A stretch of 64,000 nt of DNA from the NCBI GenBank assembly GCA_000388065.2, contig KB932204.1. The stretch is one strand, 5' to 3'. Origin of the DNA: Fonticula alba ATCC 38817 (Eukaryota; Protista; Nucleariida). Every line of letters starts with the position of its first letter. Positions within the stretch are counted from its first letter, which is position 1. Shown here in pieces: positions 1 to 11,543 of the stretch. Position numbers and translations under genes: made by a program. The notes under the pieces were generated by a model. That model was not told the origin of the DNA. It ran no database searches and was given only the letters and a program-made list of their open reading frames with translations.

Positions 1-1029
1 AGCCACGGGCACAGCCACTCGCTTCAGGCGCATGTCTCTCTCTCTCTCTCCCTCTCGTGGTCTCTCTGTCCGTCATTTGTATGTTCGGCTCGCGCCCTTC
101 CTCCGTCTTCTCGGGACGGTTACCGGGATGCTTGGTGTGTTGGTGGCTGTATCCTTTGGAGCTTCCCTCTGGAGATGTCGTGCGTTTGTGTATGTCGGGT
201 CACCCTCCCCCCGGACCTCTGTGTTCCGCGGGGCTGCCATCTAGCCCCGGACTCGGGAGGGGTCCCCGACCGCATGCGTCCGCGAGGCCCTCCGATGTCT
301 CGGGCAGATCGACAATCCTCGACAAAGAGGATACTCCTCTTTGCAAACACCGAAGTGGGCGGGGGGGGGGGGGGAGGAGCGGCGGAGAGGGGGACNNNNN
401 NNNNNNNNNNNNNNNNNNNNNNNNNNNNNNNNNNNNNNNNNNNNNNNNNNNNNNNNNNNNNNNNNNNNNNNNNNNNNNNNNNNNTTGTGTGTGCGGGGTG
501 TACCCGCGTGAGCTGAGGAAGAGGCTGGACGAAGGGCGGAGCAGGCCCCGGAGCCGGTGCGCCTCAGGGGCCGAGATATAAATATGCCCATTGGCAGGGC
601 CATGGAAAGCAGCCATCCACCACCCATCCTCCACCCCCTTCCTCCCGCATCCCCCTGCCTGACATTTAGACATACATGCGCACGTAGTAGACCACTGGCT
701 TCGAGACACTCGCGTCTTCCCGCTTCTCTACCGACCTGAAAAGCACCTCGTTGGCTCAAGAGCCCCCCTATTCTCTCTCTCCCTCTCCCTCTCCCTCCTT
801 CTTGGCCTCCCCCACGGACTCCCTTTCTCCTCACTGAGTTATCTCTCTTTCTCGGTCATCCCCTGGTTCGTTACCACCATCTCCCTCTCCGGCTCCCCCT
901 CCTTGCCCCGCCCCCCTGCTCCCCCCCCCCCACCCCGCCCGGTGTTTTGGCCTGCTCCTCCATCTTCGTGCCGCTCTTGGCTAACCCCTCTCCCCTCTCT
1001 TTTCCCCCTCCCTCGCCGGCACAGACAAC

Positions 1030-2763
1030 ATGCTTTTCGGTATCCTCGCGAGCTCGATGCTCGCTTCGATGTCCACATCGGCCAGCCATGGCAGCCACTC
1101 GGATCACAGCCACAGCCATGACAGCCACTCGGATCACAGCCACAGCCATGACAGCCACTCGGATCACAGCCACAGCCATGGCAGTCACTCGGATCACAGT
1201 CTTGGCCATCATGATGAGCCTTCGGTCCCCATTTACTCGATCATCGGCATCCCGCTGATCTTCCTGCTGGGCCTGCTCGGCACCATGACCCCCTTCTTGA
1301 TCATGTCGTACCTCCGCCGCCGGGCCAAGGGCGAGACCACCACGGTCGGCCTCAATCGCAGCCCCTTCCTGAAGTTTGTCCAGGGCATCAGTGCCGGTGT
1401 GGTCATCGCCGTGGCTCTGATGCACTCGCTGCCGGAGGCCCTGGAATTCGGTGAGGAGGTCTTTGATCATGGCCATGAGGATGATAGCCACGGGCACAGC
1501 CACTCGCTTCAGGCGCATGCGGCTTCCGGGCCGGAAGCCGCCGATCCGCATGAGGGCCACAACCACGGCTTCAGCTGGGTCTTCTTCATTACGATGCTCG
1601 GTGCCCTGGCCACGCTGGTGGTGGAGGAGCTCTTCATGCACTCCGGCATCTTCGGCGCCAGTGCCCACGACCACCATGATCTGAGCTTGCCAGCGGTGGT
1701 CCCCGTTTCCGAGCCCGAGGCCATTGTCCTGGAGCCGATCCTGCCCAAGCCCGATCCGACGCCCGCCTGCGATGCCGGTCCTGCCTGCCCGGACCCGGAG
1801 GGTGCGGCGGTCGCCGAGCTTGACTGCTCTCCCTCGTGCGACGAGGTCGCCGATGACTGTGTGTCCTCCTGCGAGCCGGTCGATTGCGACTCTTCCTGCG
1901 AGCCGGTTGAGTGTGATGACTCTTCTTGTGATGAGATCGAGGATGTCGGGGTGACGATGGCCCCGGCTCCGGTGGTCCTGCATGCTTCGGTGTCGTCTCT
2001 GGCCTCGCCGGCCAGCGCCACGGCCGCCATCTCCATCAAGGAGAAGTCCCTGATGGCCATGGAGGCCGACTCGCCCGGGTCGCTGGCCACCAGTGGCAAG
2101 GAGCACGACCTGGAGAAGGGCGACCATCACGATCTCCACGCGGACCACTCGCATGGTGGCCACCATCATCATGATCACTCGCACGGCTTCCACCATGATA
2201 CCCTCGGGTACCATTCGCATGGAGACCACCATGGTCACTCGCATTCGCATGGGCATTCGCACTCGCATGGCCATGCCATGGATGCCGCCACCCGGGCTCG
2301 CATGGAGATCACCGGCATGTGGGTCATGCTGATTGGCCTGTGCCTGCATTCGGTCTTCGTTGGATTGGCTCTCGGTCTGTCCAACAGCATGGGGCTCTTC
2401 CTGGCCATTGTGGCCCACCAGTACTTCGAGGGGATGGCCCTCGGTGCGCGCATGGTCCGCACCCAGGTCAGCCGCCGGATGTCCATCTATCTGAATGCCT
2501 TCTTCTCTCTGAGCACTCCGGTGGGCATCGGCATCGGCATGGTCCTCTACTACACCGTGGGCACCGGCTATGTGTTTGCCCTGCTGAATGTCATCTTCCA
2601 GTCGGTGTCGGCCGGTATCCTGTTGTATGTGGGCTTCGTCCATCTGCTCACCGAGGAGCTGGCCCTGCCGGAGTACTTCCAGCGGCCCGTCCTGCGCGTG
2701 GTTCTCGGCCTCGGCGCCATCGTCGGTGTGGCGGCCATGTCTGTCATCGCCATCTGGGGCTAA
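1030..2763 (+). CDS. ZIP (ZRT/IRT-like, SLC39) zinc/iron transporter, intronless, 577 aa
   Basis: Multiple TM segments; TM4 LHSVFVGLALG and TM5 AHQYFEG metal-site motifs; His-rich N-terminus and TM3-4 loop; strong GC3 codon bias. Confidence 0.95.
   Translation: MLFGILASSMLASMSTSASHGSHSDHSHSHDSHSDHSHSHDSHSDHSHSHGSHSDHSLGHHDEPSVPIYSIIGIPLIFLLGLLGTMTPFLIMSYLRRRAKGETTTVGLNRSPFLKFVQGISAGVVIAVALMHSLPEALEFGEEVFDHGHEDDSHGHSHSLQAHAASGPEAADPHEGHNHGFSWVFFITMLGALATLVVEELFMHSGIFGASAHDHHDLSLPAVVPVSEPEAIVLEPILPKPDPTPACDAGPACPDPEGAAVAELDCSPSCDEVADDCVSSCEPVDCDSSCEPVECDDSSCDEIEDVGVTMAPAPVVLHASVSSLASPASATAAISIKEKSLMAMEADSPGSLATSGKEHDLEKGDHHDLHADHSHGGHHHHDHSHGFHHDTLGYHSHGDHHGHSHSHGHSHSHGHAMDAATRARMEITGMWVMLIGLCLHSVFVGLALGLSNSMGLFLAIVAHQYFEGMALGARMVRTQVSRRMSIYLNAFFSLSTPVGIGIGMVLYYTVGTGYVFALLNVIFQSVSAGILLYVGFVHLLTEELALPEYFQRPVLRVVLGLGAIVGVAAMSVIAIWG
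1083..1200 (+). repeat. 30-bp coding tandem repeat x4 encoding SH(G/D)SHSDHSH
   Basis: Unit agccatg(g/a)cagccactcggatcacagccac repeated about 4 times. Confidence 0.9.
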
Positions 2764-3799
2764 TGCGAGGAAACTCGGCCATTGGCCCAGGCATGAGGGG
2801 GAGGTGGGCGGGCGATTGCGCTCCCTCCTTCGCGCGCACCGCGCGCCTCCCTCCGGCCCCCGGTCGGCTTGTTGTCCGCGTAGCTGCCTTTTTTTTTTTA
2901 TTACCCTCCGTCTTTAGATGCTGCCACAGCCCCACCCGCCCGTCGGCCAATGTGCCGGACGCCGGGCGCCGGGTCTCTTTTGGCCCTCTTCATGTCCTTG
3001 AGTTTTCCCTGGCGCGGCGCGTGCATCGGAGTCCTCGCTCCTCCCGCCACTATGTCTCTCTTCTGTCACGCGCCAGCAGGAGGGCCCTCTGTTGCGCCGT
3101 TTCCCTCTTTTCCCCTCCCTCCCTCCCTCCCTGTCTTTCTCTCCCTCGAGCGACAGCCACGGGGCGGGGGCCTGCCTCCTCCCTCTCCTCCAAGACTCTC
3201 TCTCTCTTTTCTCCTTGTGTATTGCTGCCTAGCCCCCTTCTACCATGCACGTATCAGGGGTTCTTGTCCTTGTGGTCTTCTTCCTCCTATCATTCCTCAC
3301 CGGAAAATAGACTCCCTCTCTTTCTCCGTCATTTGGCTGTCGCAGGATTCTCTTGTGCTTTCATGTGGTTCTCGTGTGCTTCCATGTCTTTCTCTCTCTT
3401 TTCCTCACGTTGTGGTGTTCCCCTGATGCTCGAGCCTGGACGGCCAAAGACAGTCAAATCCCACCGGGCGCGTGGCTGTCCTCCCCCGGGGGAATGTGGT
3501 CACTCTCTTGTCATTTCCCCCCCCGGTTATCAGCAGTAGGGCCCCCGATCCGCCGATGACGACAGTGGAGACATCCGCTCCCTCCTGCTATGGGAGGGAA
3601 GGTGCGCGCGCGCGTGTGTGTGAGTGTGTGTGTGTGTGTGTGTGGGAGGGGGGGGGAGAGAGGGAAGGGAAAAAAAACAAAAAAACAAAGGCAGGGCGAC
3701 CTCGCCTGCCGAGCCTTTGGCATGAAACAGTATATTTTCTTCTTTTCCCGAGAGCCTGGGGCGACAAAAGCACAAGGGCATGTGGCCCGGTCGCCGGCA

Positions 3800-4651
3800 T
3801 CAGACATCGCCACTGTCATCAGCCTCTTCGGCAGTGGACTCGCCAGTCTCGCCAGTCTCGCCATCCTCATCCTCATCGCCTTCCCCGAGGATGGTGGCAT
3901 TTTGCAGGATCTGGGACAGGGCCGCCATGACCTGGTTCATGTCGGCACCCTCGGGCATGCTGGCGCGGAACTGCTCCAGCAGCTCGGTCATCTCCGGGCT
4001 CATGGTGTCCAGCGGCTCGGGCAGCAGGTCGGCCAGCTTGTCCTCGGGCAGCAGACGGGCCAGCTCGTCATACACATCCTGACTCAGGGTGAACTGGTCC
4101 TTGGTGAAGTGCCCAGCCAGCAGGAGATCTGCCACAAAGTCCAGGTCTTCGGTGAAGATGTACGATTCGATGGGCTTCAAGATGTGCACATGTGTGTGAG
4201 AAGGCGGTGGGAGGGGGGGGAGAAGCAGCCATGGAGCGGCATGTGCGTGGGGCCACGTACCGACTGGCCGGCCGAGTCAACGGCAGTAAGGTCGGCACCA
4301 GCGGCCTTAAGGAACTCGAAAGCCTCCAGGCACTCGGCGTAGTGCAGGGGGGTGGCACCACGCTGGTCGCGCGCCTCCAAATTGGCGCCGAGTTCCAGCA
4401 GCCGCCGGCAAAGGGCGATGTTGTTGTAGGAGACCGCGGCCATGCTTCAGCAGGGAGCCGTGGCGATGGTGGTGAGATGGGCCTGGCAATGGGGACAGCG
4501 GGGGTGTCATGGGGTGGGGATCTGCGCACAGCGGAGTGTAACCGTAGTCGTCCTTCTCGTCGACGGAGACCGCGCCACTGTCGATCATGGCCAGGGCCTC
4601 GTCGGTCATGCCGTCGGAGATGAGAAGCCAGATGTTGGTGTCCGTGCTCAT
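3800..4651 (-). CDS. Small ankyrin-repeat protein with acidic tail (Ycr051w-like family)
   Basis: Exons 4651-4530, 4444-4261, 4174-3800 join in frame: MSTDTNIWLLISDG..DDYGYTPLMAAVSYNN..RDQRGATPLHYA..; ankyrin TPLH motifs. Confidence 0.88.
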
Positions 4652-5548
4652 GTTGCTGGGGTTGAAAAGGGCAAAGGGGGAGGAGGGGAGAGGGGAGGGA
4701 AGAGAGGGGGGGGGGAGGAGAGTGTGTGTGCGCGCGCGAAGCGGATTGGTTGGGCGGGTGTGGCTGACTTGGAGACTGGCGGCCGATAAGGGATACAGTC
4801 TACCGGGGCTGATGGGAGGGTGGATTGCGCATTCCCTGCAGGGGGGGGGGGGGCTGAGGACGGGAGAGCACCCGAAAACACACGCGTTTCCTTCGGAGAC
4901 AGTGCTCCCACTGGAGGCCCAAGGAGGACCAGCGGACGGAGCATCCTTTCCTTCTTTATTTGCCACTGGGGCCCCCTTGTCGGAGTCTCAGTCAGCCCCC
5001 CCCCCGGGGAGGGGCCAGGGGACTGGCAGACACAAACGCACATGCGTGCTGGAAGTCCCGGCCGGGCAGTGTGCATACGCATGTGGGTGCGGGAGAATGA
5101 GGGGCGGCCTCCTCGGCGCCACGGGACGCAATCACGTGCGAGACACTGGCCGCAAAGGCTACCCCACAACACTCGATCGAGTTCGACCGAGGACACTTCT
5201 TGGGCGTCAGGCGGGCGGGCGGGCGGGCGGGGGGGGGGGATTCTGGGTCGCCCCTCCGTCCGTGCGAACTCGCCAAACCCCTCCGGGAGGGGAAGAACCG
5301 GGGGAGTCTCTTAACCCCAGGTGGATATCTCCGACTCGCCCTCGCGCGTGTAAAACGGTGCCCGGGCCCCAGCGTGGCGTCCAGGCAGAAGAGACACCTG
5401 CCTGGCAGCCTGGCAAGCGGCCGCCACTAGCCCCCCCCCCCCCCCCCTTCTTTCTCCCCCTTTTATGGAAGCCAGCTTATGCCTTCCCTTTTGATATCTT
5501 GACATCACTTCTTGCTCTCGACGCAAACCAAGCAACAAGTAATCGGAC

Positions 5549-8313
5549 ATGGCTGATCTCGAGTCCCATGCTCATTCGATCCCCGGGATCTCATTGGATT
5601 CGCTGGTGTCCAGCGAGGCGAGCTCCGTCGGGGCAGCAGCCCAGCCCGATGCAAACCGCCCCGCATTGACGGTGGGCATCGACTTCGGGCATGGAGACTT
5701 GACCGGTAGTGCCCTGCTCCAGAGTGGGAGCTCGGCCATTCACACGAGCTCCCCAATGATGACCACGGCCCCCAGCACCCCGGCCGACATCCCGATTCTC
5801 CCTTGGGACGCCAGTCGAGTGCAGGATGAGTGGCGGCAGCGGGACCAAGTCCGACGCCGGCGCGGGCCCGCTGGCATGCCCTTGCCACCGGCCGTGTCCG
5901 GCAGTGAGCGCCGGGCCCTGCGCAATTTCGACGCCTTCCCGAAGGCTGACCCGTCGGTGCAAGAAACCTCGCGCGCCAGTGGACTCGGTACGTGTCGGGC
6001 GGGCGGGCGGGCCGGCTTCGGGGAGGGCTGACACACTCCTGACTCACCGCGCTTCCTCGGTACACAGTGTCGGCCGGGCTGCTTTTGTGCCTGGTCCTGG
6101 TGGGGCTCTACGAGTGGAACGAGTATGGCCGCGTCATTCGAACATACTCCTACTCGATCGACACCTCGACGCACAAGGACCTGCCTTTGACAATCGACTT
6201 GTGGATGGGCATCGCTTGTCAAGGTGCGCTTTGGTGGCAAGCCATACATCGGCAGGCTCAGGGGTCCATCCTTGGGTAGCAACTGACGCTGTAACCCTCT
6301 CTCTCTCTCTCTCTCTCTCTCGCTCTCGCTCCCTCTTTCACTCGCGCACACAAAAGATGTCGGCGTATTGACGCAAGACATCACCGGCGAGACAACGGAC
6401 ATCAGCGGGCGGTTCAATATGGAGTCGGTGCGCGCATCTTGCCTTTTCCACCATCCCGTCGTGGGTGTTGGGCTGCGCCGAGGTCAACACATGCTCCTGC
6501 CTCGCGGGGCGCATTCTCATGATCCTTCTCCCCATTAGGGCTCCTTCCTGGCCCCTCACTCGGGGGAGATCTTCATTTCGCCCGAGTCCCGGACGGCCGA
6601 CTTCTCCCGGCCTGCCACACTGCAGGGCAGTGACCTGTCCGGGAGTGTGGTTTCTTTCCAGGCAGCGCCGACCAGCGGTTGTCGCATTCGAGGGAAGACA
6701 TTCATCAAGAAGGTGCCCGAGCAGCTTTGATGCGCGATCCCCCGTTCGGGGCGGTCGGTGGCCCCCCATGCGTCCTCAATGCTGACACCGTCCTTGACGT
6801 CTGACACATGGGCCACCTGGTGCCAAGCAGCCTCGGGCTCAGCTTATCTTCACGAGCAAGGCCATCCTCGATCGGAGCTACCATGATGGGCACCATATGG
6901 ACGACCTGGCCTCGCTCTATGGCATCAAGCACACCCAGGCCCAAGGCCAGGGGCATGACCGAGGCGACGACCATGGGGGCCACATGGCCCCGATGATGGG
7001 TATGGGGGATCTGCACATCGGTCGGAACCGGGCCCGGCACGGGCATGGCCACGGGCACGATCATGGCCACGGGCACGGTCAGGATCATGGCCACGATCAT
7101 GGCCATGCTCCCAAGGCCGAGCGGCGACACTCCCGCCGGGAGGAGGGCGACAATGCGGAGGCCGCAAGCAGGGGACACCGCGGTCATGGGCACGGCGGGC
7201 CGGCCGCCAACCGGCCGATTCCCCAAGCATCCATGGCCAATGAGGAGCCCCTGGCAGAGGCCACGCAGCGCCACATGGCGGCCAGCCCGGTGAACATGAC
7301 CCACCGGTTTAACGCCCTCGCTTTTGGCCCGCGCTTCCCGGACCTCGAAGCCCAGCTGGATGGCCTGATGGCCACCCCGCCGAAGTGTATGTTCCAGCTT
7401 CCCGTCCCCCCGGCCCCCTCCCCTAGGGGAAAGTAGGGCGCCCCTTCCGCCGAGGCATGATCTGACCTTCGTGTGGCCTCTCGCCCGAATGGAACTCCCC
7501 ATCCGCAGCCCAGTACATGTACCGGTACTTCCTGGACGTGGTGCCCACCCTGTACTGGGACCGGACTGGTCGTCTGACCTTCTCCCCGGAAGAAGTGTGG
7601 CCCTTCGCCGCGGCCGCCAGCCAGGGCCGGCCGACATCCATGGTCCAGTCGGCGCAATTTGCTTTCAACCTTTTCCACCGGCCGGTGGATGTGCATTCCG
7701 GCAACACCGGCTTCGCAGGTAGGCAGATGGATCTTTCGAGAGTCCGCACACATAAAGACACACAGGGACAAGCCGAACTTGCCCGCTTTCTCTTTCGCCC
7801 CATCTCCCCCCCCCCACCCCCAGGGGTCCCCGGGCGGCCATACGTGCATGGCCTCCACCAGGCATGGAAAGGTTAATCGCATGAGCCGCCGCCACTGACA
7901 CGCACTTCTGTTGGCATCCATCCCTATCAGGCATCGTGTTGTCCATCAATTCCGAGCCGCTTCGAGTGATGATCTCCGACCAGTACGCTCGGTCCATGGC
8001 TGACTCCTGGATTAGCGGGCTATTCAGCAGCGGTGCCGGTGGCAGCGGCAGCAATCTTCGCGAGGGGGGCAATTTTGATGCCTCCCGCGAGGCTGCCCGA
8101 CTCATGGACAACCTGTGGGGGATGTCCACGTCGGTGGGCGAGCGCCTGACCGCGTCGCTCCTGGATGGGCCTCTTCGGCTGCTTGTGCGGCTGATGGCCA
8201 TCGGCGGGGGGCTGATTTACTTTTCCCAAATCCTGGCCCGTGTTTCCATCCACCTGGCCGGGCGCCTGGCCGCCCGAGGCGGCCATGCCACGGGCAAGAT
8301 CCACAGCAGCTGA
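5549..8313 (+). CDS. ERV41: ER-Golgi intermediate compartment protein, Erv41/ERGIC2-like
   Basis: Exons about 5549-5987, 6068-6223, 6357-6427, 6539-6712, 6830-7386, 7509-7718, 7931-8313. Motifs LRNFDAFPK, TM1, GCRIRG, NMTHRFNALAFG, YRYFLDVVPTLY, TM2 AIGGGLIY. Lacks the Cys-rich segment of Erv46. Confidence 0.85.
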
Positions 8314-8701
8314 ATTCCATGCTCCATATGGTATGGGCCGCGGTACGCCCGGAGCCCAGGGGTGTTTTCGACGCCGCTCAGCGAGCGCTTGGTCGCCGCA
8401 TATGCCACTCTTTCTCCCCTCCCTCCCCCCCCCCCCCCCTCTCCCGCCGCCCATCCAATCCAGCGATTCAAACATGGGAATAATACAGGGTAGATGTGAG
8501 ATGCCCAGATGTGGGGGGTCATTGGTGGTGCTCTGTCCGCCGTTCGTCCAACGTGTTGGAGGGGCGGGAATCGGGGATGCAGGGCCCTACCGCCGCAGCC
8601 GGGAAGAAAGAGGAGCAAAGGAGGAGCAAAAGAGGGGGAGGGAGAGGGGAGGCAAAGGGACGGGAGAAGAACGGGGCAGGGGGGAAGAAGATGGAATGAT
8701 G

Positions 8702-9414
8702 TCAGGCCCGAGAAAAGTGCGGCAGATACACCTCCGGGGTGGCTTGCATGCCCACACGGCAGCCAGAGCCACCCTCCGGAAGGGGGGCGCCATTCTTGAG
8801 CGGCACTTGGGGGCCCTCCTCCGGCAGGGGGTCCGCCTCGCCAGGGAGGAGATCCCGGGCCGGACCGATATCCCGCAGGAGCGCCTCGCAAACGGCCGCC
8901 ACGCGCAGGAGAAGATGCTCATCCCACCAGCGCCCAGCCAACTGCAGGCCCAAGGGCCGTCCCTGACGATCAACCCCGACCGGGACCACAATTGACGGCA
9001 CGCCGGTCAGATTGGCGAGGGAGGAGAAGCGCATGATCCGACTGAGCGGCGTGGCCTCCAGGGCATCTCCACGACCGGGAACCATGGAGTAAGGAACGTC
9101 CGGGGCCGCAATGCCAGTGGCCGGGGAGGCAATCAGCGACAAGGGCCGATGCCGGGCCGGCATGCTGGAATCCTCCGAACTGGAGTACCGGTTCGAGCCG
9201 AGTGCTCCGGTGGGGTCACCGTCGAACATGCGCCGGAGGTATTCGATGGCACGAGTGCGCTGACGCTGGGCCCGCACAAGATCCGTGCTGTTTGCAAGGG
9301 CGATTGAGGATGGGATGGTCAGTGATGGTAGCAGCAGCAGCAGCAGCAGTGGCAACAACAACAGCAGCAGCAGCAGTGGCAACAACAACAGCAGCAGCAG
9401 CAGCGGCAACAGCA

Positions 9415-9454
<40 letters not shown>

Positions 9455-11543
9455 CAAGGACAATATGATCAACAAACACAATGGCAGTGCAGCAGTAGCA
9501 GCAGCGGTGCCGAAGGCGAGACAAGAGAGGAAACCTCAAAGAGAGGAATGTCCGGGTGCTTTGACGTACGGCGTCAGCGTATCCATCATGGAGAGGCAAA
9601 TGCGCGTGCTGGGGGCCATGCCGGCGGCGGCGGCACCACCGCCATAGGCATCCGAGAAGGACTGCATCTCGGAGGTGATGCTGATCAAGTGTGCCACACG
9701 GGACTCCTCGAGCTCGGGCAAGGCGCACGGAACCAGCTCAACGCCAGTTCGATCGCGCAAAATCCTCAAGAAGGCGCGAGGACCCTCAACACAGGCACTC
9801 TCAAACACATGGCGGAAGTAGTGCCGCGGGATGCCGATGCGCACGCCGGCCAGGCTGCCGGCCAGAGTGTCGGACTTCAGACGCAGGGCCGCGCGAACCC
9901 CGGCCAGATGCGGAGTCGGCTGCAGAGACACCACCGGATCGACGCCAGCCGGGTCGGGGCCTGCCATGGCCAGGTACCCGGCGGCCAGGTCGGCCACATT
10001 CGTGGCCAAAGGGCCCGCATGACCGACCGAGCACACCAGCGGCACCGCCCCGGCCTCGGAAACCCGGCCGAAAGTCGGCTTCAAGCCCCAAATGCCACAG
10101 AAGGAGGCCGGGATGCGGACCGACCCGCCGCCATCGGCTCCGACTCCGAGTGGGCACAGCCCGGCCGCCACGGCGGAGGCAGTGCCCGAGGAGGAGCCCC
10201 CGGTTGCGAAGCCCAATGCCCGGGGATTGACCGGGGTCCCGTGGTGAATGTTGGTCCCGGTCACGCCCAGTCCCAGCTCATGCATGTTCGTCTTGCCCAC
10301 AAGCAGGGCCCCAGCCCGACGGAGGAGGGCCACGCATGCTGCCTCCTCCGAGCCTGGGGTGTCCCCCTGCAGGCCGAACTCCCCCGGGGCCCCGGTCAAG
10401 ACGCATGAGCCGCCCGTCGTCAAGGGATAGGCACTCTGGCGGAATTCATCCTTCACGCATACCGGCACTCCATCCAGCGGAGAGAGGGGGCTGCCAGCGC
10501 GCCAGCGGCTGGCAGATGCCTCGGCCTGGGCCAGCAGGTCCGCTTCATTGATGGCCACGAAGGCACGGAGGTTTTCCCCCGCAGAGCCCTGAGCACGAGC
10601 CAGGAAGGACTATGATTCCCGGCCGGCGCGCAGACAGGGAGGAGCAGGTTAGAAAGAGGCCACTCCCGCCCTCCCACCCGCCTCCCCCTCAACAAAAGCA
10701 CCGGAACCACGCCCCCTGATGCCCTTCCCACACGAACCTTGGCCACGTCCACTGGCGAAAGCTTGCCCGAGGCATATAGAGTACGCAGCATGGCCGACGT
10801 TTCCGGGACAAAAGTGCCCTCAGATGCGCCAGATGGGACCCCAGGAGGGGCTTCCTCATCGGCAAACAGGTCGCGCAGCTGGCCCAGCGGGCCCCTGGCA
10901 GCTTGTGTCTGAGCCAGGGCCTTCTGAGCATGACTGCATGAGTAGCACCATCATGCACAAGCAGGGGGGCAAGGGGCGCGGTGTGTGTGTGTGTGTGTGT
11001 GTGTGTCCACTCGCAGGAGTTAGGCCTTTGTGGAGCATGTGGTCCCAGGGAGTGGGCGCCGTTTGAAACGCACGTCGGAAGAACCAGAGGGAGGGCCGAG
11101 GGAGGGTCGCGTGGGCCGGTCTGTCGGAGGAGGAAGAGCTGGCCAAGTGGATTGCCCCGTGCACATGTGGGTGAGTGTCTGTGTGCGGACAGGCGGGAGG
11201 CTGACAGGCTGACGCATCCCATGCAGGCAGAGAGGATGCGAATGAGGACAAGCGTGTGTTTGGCGCGCACGTTGCTGTCGGTGGACAGGCGGTTCTTCAC
11301 CGGGGGGACGGTTTCGATGACCGGAGCAGCCAGGTCCAGCATCTTGCCGAAGAGAGATGGAGCATAAATATCCTGCAGGTCATAGGGGACGGCATCTAGC
11401 TCGGCATCGGTCGGGTCGGCTCCTCCATCGGGCAGCCAGTGCGTCAGGTGGTGATATGCATTGTGGGCCTGGTCAGCTGGCAAGGCCAGGATGTCCTCCA
11501 GGGCTGGTGGGCGGGCCTCATCACCAGGGGCAACCATGATCAT
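8702..11543 (-). CDS. Amidase-signature enzyme, fatty acid amide hydrolase-like
   Basis: Exons 11543-11271, 11138-11074, 10933-10738, 10609-9570, 9287-8702 join in frame. Catalytic Lys (VPVCVKDE), GGSSSG, DGGGSVRIPAS, GLKPTFGRVS, ANLTGVPSIVVP. Confidence 0.92.
9330..9456 (-). repeat. Intronic compound (CTG)n/(TTG)n trinucleotide repeat
   Basis: CAG runs interrupted by CAA and TGG on the + strand, inside amidase intron 9288-9569. Confidence 0.9.

Noticed and set aside
871-2643. 590-aa antisense ORF over the ZIP gene (similarly 16320-17924, 49502-52336, 53283-55253, 61893-63899)
   Set aside because: Shadow ORFs caused by GC3 bias on the coding strand; no recognisable domains.
1030-8313. ZIP plus His-rich Erv41 as a metal-homeostasis gene cluster
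   Set aside because: They are separated by an unrelated gene, and His tracts also occur in other proteins here, so adjacency alone is not evidence.
8702-9481. Poly-Leu signal-peptide-like N-terminus in the ORF track
   Set aside because: It is the translation of the intronic CTG repeat; the real exon starts at 9287.
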